This document shows positions 39,563 to 45,821 of a stretch of DNA of 45,821 nucleotides, piece by piece. The notes below the pieces were generated by a model. That model was not told the origin of the DNA. It did not search any database and saw only the letters and a list, made by a program, of their open reading frames with translations. Source of the DNA: Aureliella sp. (GTDB lineage: Bacteria > Planctomycetota > Planctomycetia > Pirellulales > Pirellulaceae); the NCBI GenBank assembly GCA_036804625.1, contig DAIRSD010000001.1:1-45821 (forward strand), read 5' to 3'. How positions within the stretch are numbered: the stretch's first letter is position 1; each line of letters begins with the position of its first letter. Both the position numbers and the translations under genes were made by a program.

Positions 39563-40624
39563 TTACCAAGCGTAACCCGCTCCTAACGAGAATCCGACGA
39601 AATGAGTTTCCAAGTCGACAGCTTCTACAACATGTAGCGCGCTGCTGTTGGGTATCAGAGCGCCGCTAGACAGTGCTTGAGCTGGATCATCAGGGCTATT
39701 CCAGTATTGGTATTCAAAACCCGCCCTGGCAAAGATCTTGCTGTTTCGACTCTTCAGATTGTGGTGCCACATCAGCCCCACCTGTCCCTCGAATATGAAC
39801 AGGTGATCGGCGCTTGAGGAATCGGCTGCAGCGTTTGCAGTGGTCCGTCCAGTTTCGCCGGTTCCGACGATATGGGTATTTGCTGAGGCTTCATTGGATC
39901 CAAATAGGTTGCTCAGACGTCCGCCTCCGTACAGCGATAGCCAATTGGTTGTCGGATAAATGCCTGAAAGACTGTAGGTAAGACCCGTACCATGAAACCC
40001 GGTCTTGGCTTGACTGGACATCGTATAGATATCCGGACCTAAGACTGATGCGGTATTAGCAATTCCGACGGCCATTGAGTTGTCGGTGTGCTCAAGAAGC
40101 GCATAGCGGGCTCCCAATGTGCCTGTAAAAAGGGTTGCCATGGTAGTGAACTGCCGAGTCGCCTCAACATCAAATGTATAAGCTCGGGAACTGGCCGATT
40201 CACCAAATATTTCTAATCCGGCACCCGTCAGTCCGCCGGGTGGCAATCCATTGAACCCACGATGGGTCGACTGGCTGAAATCCCAGTAGGTTGTCTGAAA
40301 TCCCCAGCCGTTTTTGACTGTACCACCGATCGATATGCGCGGTGCTGCCGTCAGTTGATCCGAGGTAACTTCGTTGTAAATAGGGCCAAAAGGAGTGGCT
40401 CCGTCCAGCATCGCATACTCGGCTACCGCCGTATCGCGTACAGCGGAAAATGCCGTTACATCCACTGTCATGAACCAAAACGGCACATCGTTGGCAGCTT
40501 TAGGTAGAATCTCCTTAAAAGCCGCCTGGGTGACAGTGTTTTCGGTGGATTGAAGCGTGGTTTCTGCATGGACTTTGGTCCCTGCAATCACTAGCAGCAG
40601 GCAAAAAAAGCGAGTGACTCGCAT
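39563..40624 (-). CDS. Outer-membrane beta-barrel protein (Lpg1974/BBP-like, planctomycete type)
   Basis: Signal peptide; amphipathic strands ('APRISIG', 'GWGFQTTYWDF', 'LGARYA', 'RAGFEYQYW'); C-terminal 'GFSLGAGYAW' ending in an aromatic residue; strong AAGGAGG SD. Confidence 0.75.
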   Translation of the reverse strand: MRVTRFFCLLLVIAGTKVHAETTLQSTENTVTQAAFKEILPKAANDVPFWFMTVDVTAFSAVRDTAVAEYAMLDGATPFGPIYNEVTSDQLTAAPRISIGGTVKNGWGFQTTYWDFSQSTHRGFNGLPPGGLTGAGLEIFGESASSRAYTFDVEATRQFTTMATLFTGTLGARYALLEHTDNSMAVGIANTASVLGPDIYTMSSQAKTGFHGTGLTYSLSGIYPTTNWLSLYGGGRLSNLFGSNEASANTHIVGTGETGRTTANAAADSSSADHLFIFEGQVGLMWHHNLKSRNSKIFARAGFEYQYWNSPDDPAQALSSGALIPNSSALHVVEAVDLETHFVGFSLGAGYAW

Positions 40625-40627
40625 AGT

Positions 40628-40643
40628 ATGACCTCCTTGTCAT
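40628..40643 (-). promoter_or_regulatory. Putative CsrA/RsmA-binding hairpin overlapping the SD
   Basis: Minus strand ATGAC-AAGGAG-GTCAT: a 5-bp stem with an ANGGAN hexaloop, matching (A/U)CANGGANG(U/A). Confidence 0.55.
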
Positions 40644-41070
40644 CACGGCCAGTATGTCATCGATTCGTGTTAAACTACTCGGGCGAGTATGCCTGCTCGC
40701 AGATTACGCAAACTAAATCCGCAGTTTCGAGTTCTGCTTCTTGGGCACTCCCAATATCGTCGGAGAAAGAACAATCTGTCAGCTAATTCTTAGTTCTTCG
40801 TAGAATGCCCGCAATCGCTACACGACTTAAGCTCGCTACTTAGATCAAGACCGGTATATTCCCTACAAACGAACCACCGATCCCGACTCTTATTCAGAAA
40901 AGTATGGAGGATAAAGCAACCAAAATGCTATTTCGATCAATCTCTTGATGAGTGTTTCGTTTGTTATTCCGGCTGGCGAATTCGTAGTGATTAATCCGGT
41001 CAAGTACGACGTTAGGAAACGGGTTCAGGGGGGGTGTGCTTGAGGTCGATGCACCGACAGGCGAAGCACC

Positions 41071-41116
41071 ATCACGGATGGTTGGGTGCTAGCTAAAGAG
41101 TAGAAAAGGATTTCTA
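41071..41116 (+). promoter_or_regulatory. Two putative CsrA-type GGA hexaloop hairpins in the 5' UTR
   Basis: ATC-ACGGAT-GGT (41071-41082) and TAGAA-AAGGAT-TTCTA (41101-41116), upstream of the GGAG SD of 41137. Confidence 0.45.
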
Positions 41117-41136
41117 ACTTCGGACTGGAGAATGCG

Positions 41137-42606
41137 ATGGATCGCATCAACTTGGGTCGATTCTGTGCCGTATTGTTAACCGCAGTGGCTAGTTCCTGGC
41201 AATTTTCGGCCTGTGGGCAGCTGACTCAGGAGGCTCAAGTTTTGAACTTGGGCCTCGAACAGGGCAGCTCTTCCGGACGAATCCCGGCTCGCCCAGTGTC
41301 TATCGAAATGGCGGCACCCGTTCAGCTTCCGCAGACGGAAAATATGCCAGCGGCTGAGCAGCATAATGCGTCAAAGCTAACGGCAACAGAAAACGATGCC
41401 AGAAGTGCTGCGCCGCAGGTCTTCAAGTCGCCAACCGCTCCGCATCACCGACCCACTAGGTTGCCGCTGTTCGCTGAGCAGGCCGATACCGTGCTGTGGC
41501 CTAAGATTGGGCTGCTGGCCAAATTGGACTCAGCGGACACCCCCACAACTCCCCAAGCGGAAGTCCAAAATCCAGCGGAGCTGGCGGCAAGTGAATCGGC
41601 CATCATGCCACAAGATAACTCTGCGTCTGATCAAAATTCGGACTCGACAGAGACCAATGAAGATGAATCTGAGTCTGGAGACCAGTTAGACGACGACTAC
41701 ACTTCAGAGCAAGAATACGACAAGGCCACTAGCGATGCGGTGGCTCGCAAACAGGAATATGGCGAACGACGGACTGACAATACTCGCGCGTTTCTGCGAG
41801 CACAAACTCCACTGCTTAAACCTAGGCAGTGGCAATTCGACTACGGGTTGACTTACTCCATCTTGGAAACTGATTTTCCGGTTCTATTACCGCCAGGCCC
41901 CGTTGTTGGCCCAGATCCTGTGCTGACCAATGAGTTGGTAAAATTTCGCACCGCCGACGCTCTGCTTGGATTTCGTTACGGAATCACCGAACGGCTTCAG
42001 TGGGCAGGCTCGACAACGGTTGGGTGGCAGGGAACTGAATTTGCCAATGGCTTCTTCCATCGCAAGACCGACGCAAGCGGGATTGGCGATATCGCAACCG
42101 GTTTGAATTACCTGCTGTTTGCGGAAACTGAGTGTTCACCGTCCGTGATCACGTCGGTCAATATGACCGCCCCCACTGGTAATCCAAGATCTCCTCGCAT
42201 ACTTACCGACTCAGGAACAGGTCTGGGCGCTTGGACGTTCGCTTCCGATGTCCTGATGGTTAAAGCCTACGACCCGCTGGTGTTGTTCTGGGGAGCTGGC
42301 TATCGCTGGTTCTTAGAAGACACTTTTCATGGTGAGCGAGTAAAGATTGGTGATTCCATTCAGTACAACTTGGGTACCGGTTTTGGAGTCAACGAGCGGG
42401 TCACGCTTAGCTGTGCACTGTTGGGAGCCTACGACCTGGACACTCGACTCAACTCAGTCAGGCTTCGAGGCACCGGAGGCGATGCCATTTCGGTGCGACT
42501 AGCAGCCACAATCTTAAAAGACTGTAAGATCGTTGAGCCCTTTGTCAATTTTGGGCTGACTCAACGGGTTCCTGAAGCATTCCTTGGTGTCATCTGGACT
42601 CGATAA
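41137..42606 (+). CDS. FapF-like (COG4313/SphA, 'phenol MetA') outer-membrane beta-barrel transporter
   Basis: Signal peptide and long disordered acidic N-terminal region, then 'RYGITERLQ', 'SGIGDI', 'APTG', 'GTG.GAW', 'KAYDPLVLF', 'GDSIQYNLGTGFGVNERVTLS'. These resemble Pseudomonas FapF as I recall it; not aligned. Confidence 0.75.
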   Translation: MDRINLGRFCAVLLTAVASSWQFSACGQLTQEAQVLNLGLEQGSSSGRIPARPVSIEMAAPVQLPQTENMPAAEQHNASKLTATENDARSAAPQVFKSPTAPHHRPTRLPLFAEQADTVLWPKIGLLAKLDSADTPTTPQAEVQNPAELAASESAIMPQDNSASDQNSDSTETNEDESESGDQLDDDYTSEQEYDKATSDAVARKQEYGERRTDNTRAFLRAQTPLLKPRQWQFDYGLTYSILETDFPVLLPPGPVVGPDPVLTNELVKFRTADALLGFRYGITERLQWAGSTTVGWQGTEFANGFFHRKTDASGIGDIATGLNYLLFAETECSPSVITSVNMTAPTGNPRSPRILTDSGTGLGAWTFASDVLMVKAYDPLVLFWGAGYRWFLEDTFHGERVKIGDSIQYNLGTGFGVNERVTLSCALLGAYDLDTRLNSVRLRGTGGDAISVRLAATILKDCKIVEPFVNFGLTQRVPEAFLGVIWTR

Positions 42607-42611
42607 GCACT

Positions 42612-43343
42612 ATGAAACGCTTTGTTGATCGACTATTGCATTATCCAGTGTTGCTCGGAGCAGTTCGCTTCGGCATCCTTGCTTTAGCCGCAAGCCTCCA
42701 GTTTCAGGAGGGCTGGGCTGAAGTCTCAGGACGCGCACCGGTACGAAACGGGCAACGCACTTTTGCGCGACCCGTGTTAACCTGGAATGAAATCAAGTAT
42801 CAGAACGTTGTGATGCAGGAGAAAGACTATTCCTGCGGAGCCGCCTCGCTGGCAACCGTTTTGCGATACTATTGGGGCAAAGATGTCACGGAAGTCGACG
42901 TTTTGGCGGTTGTCGACCGCAGTCTGAAACCCGAAGCATTAAAGGACCGCATCGAATACGGATTGACCATGGCGGACTTGAAAGTGGTAGCTGACCGCAT
43001 GGGTTACGACGCGGCTGTCGGCAAGTTGCCCAACGTTGCCAAGTTGAGCGAATCCAAGATTCCGTTGATCGTAGCGATTCGCGTCGATGAGGATCTAAAA
43101 CACTTTGTTGTTTATCGCGGATCAGCGTGTGGTTTTGTCTATTTGGCTGATCCCTTTGCCGGCAACATCAGAATGAGCCAGTGTCAGTTTGCAAGGATTT
43201 GGCTTGAGAACGCTGTCTTTGTAGTCACCTTGCCTGGCAAGACCTCGTCCGCAGTGTCACGACTGACGCTGCGTCCGGAAGAGATTCAACAAGCTAGACT
43301 CAATAACCAAGTGATACGTCGGGAACTGAGCACAATCCGATGA
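42612..43343 (+). CDS. Stand-alone exported C39 peptidase (FapD-like)
   Basis: 'VVMQEKDYSCGAASLATVL' (oxyanion Gln and catalytic Cys), 'KHFVVYRG' (His), 'VYLADP..GN' (Asp). N-terminal signal-like segment and no ABC domain. Starts 5 nt after the barrel gene. Confidence 0.92.
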   Translation: MKRFVDRLLHYPVLLGAVRFGILALAASLQFQEGWAEVSGRAPVRNGQRTFARPVLTWNEIKYQNVVMQEKDYSCGAASLATVLRYYWGKDVTEVDVLAVVDRSLKPEALKDRIEYGLTMADLKVVADRMGYDAAVGKLPNVAKLSESKIPLIVAIRVDEDLKHFVVYRGSACGFVYLADPFAGNIRMSQCQFARIWLENAVFVVTLPGKTSSAVSRLTLRPEEIQQARLNNQVIRRELSTIR

Positions 43344-43347
43344 TATC

Positions 43348-43399
43348 AAAAAGAAAGGCGAACCTTGAGAGCTTGTCGAACGCTCGTCAAGGTTCGCCT
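43348..43399 (-). terminator. Intrinsic terminator for the 43819 gene, possibly bidirectional
   Basis: Perfect 13-bp stem AGGCGAACCTTGA (43356-43368) / TCAAGGTTCGCCT (43387-43399) plus an inner GAGC/GCTC pair, followed by TTCTTTTT on the minus strand. Confidence 0.85.
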
Positions 43400-43429
43400 G
43401 AAATTCTAATCCAGTTCTAGACGAACTGA

Positions 43430-43819
43430 TTAACGTGCAGACGACGAGGAAGTCGTGAAGGCATTGAATGGACTGCCTTGCGAGAACGAAGATCCCGTAG
43501 CGCTCTTTCCGCCAGTGGCTGAGTAGCTAGAGGTCGCACCGGACAGATATCCGATTCCTCCGCCACCGATGATGATACCATTACCTACTTTGCCGCCACC
43601 GCCCAAAAATACTGCGCCAGCGCTGCCATGAATGGTTGAACCACTGACGCTAGCTCGGTTGCGGCGAGTTTGACCGCGAACGTTCTTAGCTTCACTGTGA
43701 GTCATCTTCGTCATGGAAGAAAGACCCAGCGCTGACAAATTTGGCTCGCCAGCTTGAACCGATGGAGCAGCGGCTGCCATGCACGCCACTAACGCTGCTA
43801 CTACAAAACTCTTTTTCAT
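43430..43819 (-). CDS. Small secreted Gly/Ser-rich protein with signal peptide and double-glycine-type leader; putative C39 substrate
   Basis: AGGAGA SD; signal peptide MKKSFVVAALVACMAAAAPSVQA; 'MTHSEAKNVRG' motif; own terminator. Confidence 0.8.
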   Translation of the reverse strand: MKKSFVVAALVACMAAAAPSVQAGEPNLSALGLSSMTKMTHSEAKNVRGQTRRNRASVSGSTIHGSAGAVFLGGGGKVGNGIIIGGGGIGYLSGATSSYSATGGKSATGSSFSQGSPFNAFTTSSSSAR

Positions 43820-44042
43820 GGATGCTTCTCCTAAGGAGGGTTTCTGTTGAGCAGGTCAAAACAACTGTCCCCACGTGAACACTAGACTAGTCTGCCTAAC
43901 CACCAGACTCAATTGCCCCGCAAGGATAATTGAAAAGAAATGTGTGGAAACCCACTGAAACTTAAGTATCCCATAAGGGGGGTTGAGATTCAGGTTTTCA
44001 AGTCGTTCCATGCCAGGCATAGTAAGGGTACGACCCAAGTTT

Positions 44043-45428
44043 CTAACAAAGAATCTCTTGAACAACATGGGCTTCTTCAACACCCGTCAAACGAAAATCA
44101 AGTCCGGCGTGACGGTAGGTTAGCCGCTGGTGATCAAAACCCATCAAATGCAATATCGTCGCATGGAAGTCGCGGACATGGACCGGTTTCTCGGCGGCCC
44201 ACAGGCCGATCTCGTCTGTTGTTCCGTGAACGTATCCGCGCTGGACACCCGCCCCCGCCAACCAAGAACTAAAAGCCCACGGATGATGCTCACGACCTTT
44301 GGCTTCGGCCGTGTTGTTGAACGGAGTTCGGCCGAATTCCGTAGTCCAGACGATCAAAGTCTCTTCAAACATGCCGCGTGCTTTCAGGTCTCCAATCAAA
44401 GCCGCGATCGGTTGATCCACATTTTTGGCCAGCGGACCGTGGGTCAGCATGTCGCCATGTGCGTCCCAATTGTTGGAAGAACCCACGTCGATCAGTTCCA
44501 CAAAACGAACACCTCGTTCGATCAATCTTCGCGCAGCTAAACATTGCCAACCAAAGCCTGTGGTTTGTCCTGGCTGTAACCCATAACTGTCAAGCGTTCG
44601 GTCATCTTCCGTAGAGAAGTCGAAAGCATCAGGCACTGCCATTTGCATGCCAAACGCAGTCTCAAAAGACTGAAGTCGAGCCAGCAGTTGTGGATCATTG
44701 GCACGTGCAGCCAGATGCTCGGAGTTCATCGCCTGCATGGCTGCACGTTCCATCTGCTGACGATCGGCTGGAATCGATGGTCTGACATTGGCAATCGGCT
44801 GGGCACCAGGAACCACCAAAGTCCCTTGAAAGGCACCAGGCAAAAAATCGCTGGCATAGACTTGAGTGCCCGCATAGGTCTGCGCGGGCGCAATGACGAT
44901 GAAGCCCGGCAAGTTACGGTTGATGGTGCCCAGTCCATACAGAGCCCACGACCCGATGCTGGGTCGTGAAAATGTAAAAGAGCCGGTATGCATGCCCAGC
45001 GTCGCATTGTAATGATTCGAATGTGATGTGTGCATTGAACGAATCAGCGCGATGTCGTCCACACAACTGGCCAAATGAGGAAACAACGTGCTGACCTCCA
45101 TCCCACACTGTCCGTGAGGTTGGAAATCCCACTGCGGTCGCTTGAGATAGATGCGTTCGTAGCCCGGTCGGTCTTTGATCTCGGGATGATCAGCCTTGAT
45201 CTCCTTGCCATGTTGTTTGATCAATTCCGGTTTTGGGTCAAACGAATCGACATGGGATACTCCACCCGTCATGAACAGGAAAATGACATTCTTTGCCTTA
45301 GCTGGAAAATGTGGCTTGCGTGGTGCCAGCGGATCGCCGGAGTCTGCCAACAATTGATTCACGATGCCGGGCAATAGCAGGGAACCTGCTGCGGTGGAAG
45401 TCAGAAAGTGACGGCGGGATGGGTACAC
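44043..45428 (-). CDS. DUF1501 domain protein (Tat-exported)
   Basis: 'SRRHFL', 'VIFLFMTGGVSHVDSFDPKP', 'CLAARRLIERGVRFVE', 'WDAH', 'TEFGRTP', 'GREHHP'. Confidence 0.93.
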   Translation of the reverse strand: MYPSRRHFLTSTAAGSLLLPGIVNQLLADSGDPLAPRKPHFPAKAKNVIFLFMTGGVSHVDSFDPKPELIKQHGKEIKADHPEIKDRPGYERIYLKRPQWDFQPHGQCGMEVSTLFPHLASCVDDIALIRSMHTSHSNHYNATLGMHTGSFTFSRPSIGSWALYGLGTINRNLPGFIVIAPAQTYAGTQVYASDFLPGAFQGTLVVPGAQPIANVRPSIPADRQQMERAAMQAMNSEHLAARANDPQLLARLQSFETAFGMQMAVPDAFDFSTEDDRTLDSYGLQPGQTTGFGWQCLAARRLIERGVRFVELIDVGSSNNWDAHGDMLTHGPLAKNVDQPIAALIGDLKARGMFEETLIVWTTEFGRTPFNNTAEAKGREHHPWAFSSWLAGAGVQRGYVHGTTDEIGLWAAEKPVHVRDFHATILHLMGFDHQRLTYRHAGLDFRLTGVEEAHVVQEILC

Positions 45429-45457
45429 GATTCAATTCTCCAGCAGATTCAAAGAGG

Positions 45458-45821
45458 CTAGTCCACATACAAAAATTCGTTGGAAGCCATCAGGACTCTG
45501 GCCAGTGCTGCCCATCGCTCTTCAGGACCGCCTGGGTAGTTCTGTCGGAACTCTTGAAGACGTGCCATCTCGGCAGTCGTTGGCTCGCGCTGAAACAGCA
45601 ACCGATAAACTTGCAATAATCGAGCCTCTTCTGGCGATTTTTCTAGCAGTGTCTCAGCCAGCGATTTGGCTTGCGAGTGGAAAAATGGATCATTGATGAA
45701 ATACAGTGCCTGAGTGGGAACGGTGGTCGTTGGACGAGACGGCGTAGAGGCATTCGGGTCTGCTCCGTCGAACAAAGCCAGAAAGTGGTGCCGCCGCTGC
45801 CGTTGGACCATCATGAAGGCG
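45458..45821 (-). CDS. PSD1 (DUF1553) domain protein, C-terminal part; runs off the window edge
   Basis: 'LALFDGADPN', 'TTVPTQALYFINDPF', 'LFQREPT', 'LMASNEFLYVD'. Confidence 0.88.
   Translation of the reverse strand, partial: AFMMVQRQRRHHFLALFDGADPNASTPSRPTTTVPTQALYFINDPFFHSQAKSLAETLLEKSPEEARLLQVYRLLFQREPTTAEMARLQEFRQNYPGGPEERWAALARVLMASNEFLYVD

Noticed and set aside
41025..41052. FliA-like promoter (TCAG-N16-GTCGATGC) before the FapF-like gene
   Set aside because: Several mismatches to the consensus and non-optimal spacing; not distinguishable from chance.
41059..41100. GGCGAA-hairpin-GCTAAAG, superficially like a c-di-GMP-I riboswitch
   Set aside because: It lacks the GNRA tetraloop/receptor, the GACGCAAAGC junction and the P3 arm.
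42612..43819. Classical RiPP/bacteriocin cluster interpretation
   Set aside because: No ABC transporter, modifying enzyme or immunity gene in the window, and both peptidase and precursor carry Sec-like signals. Kept only as an alternative hypothesis.

Overview
Gene-dense chromosomal window from a planctomycete, probably Pirellulaceae-like. This is inferred from three PSD1/planctomycete-cytochrome-c + DUF1501 gene pairs, a Tat-exported prenyltransferase-repeat protein, a membrane Ser/Thr kinase and a DUF1573 protein. Housekeeping genes include aroF (DAHP synthase), an archaeal/eukaryote-type proS, guaA, an M24 peptidase, an FKBP and agmatine deiminase. I found no rRNA, tRNA, CRISPR array or transposase. 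Two things stand out. (1) 39.5-43.9 kb looks like a Fap-like secretion module: a FapF-like outer-membrane barrel, a stand-alone Sec-exported C39 peptidase (FapD-like), a second beta-barrel, and a small Gly/Ser-rich secreted protein with a signal peptide followed by a double-glycine-type leader. CsrA-type GGA hairpins lie at or just upstream of the two barrel start sites. (2) Upstream of aroF is a complete ribosome-mediated attenuator missing from the ORF track: an apparently leaderless 25-aa peptide rich in Trp, Phe and Tyr, with 1:2, 2:3 and 3:4 hairpins. Also present are a tetraheme cytochrome lipoprotein with a degenerate UshA-like domain in a putative glycosylation operon, two related REP-like inverted repeats flanking one DUF1501 gene, an AroE-like pseudo-enzyme and a decayed MBL-hydrolase pseudogene. 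All family calls come from motif recognition by eye, not from database searches.
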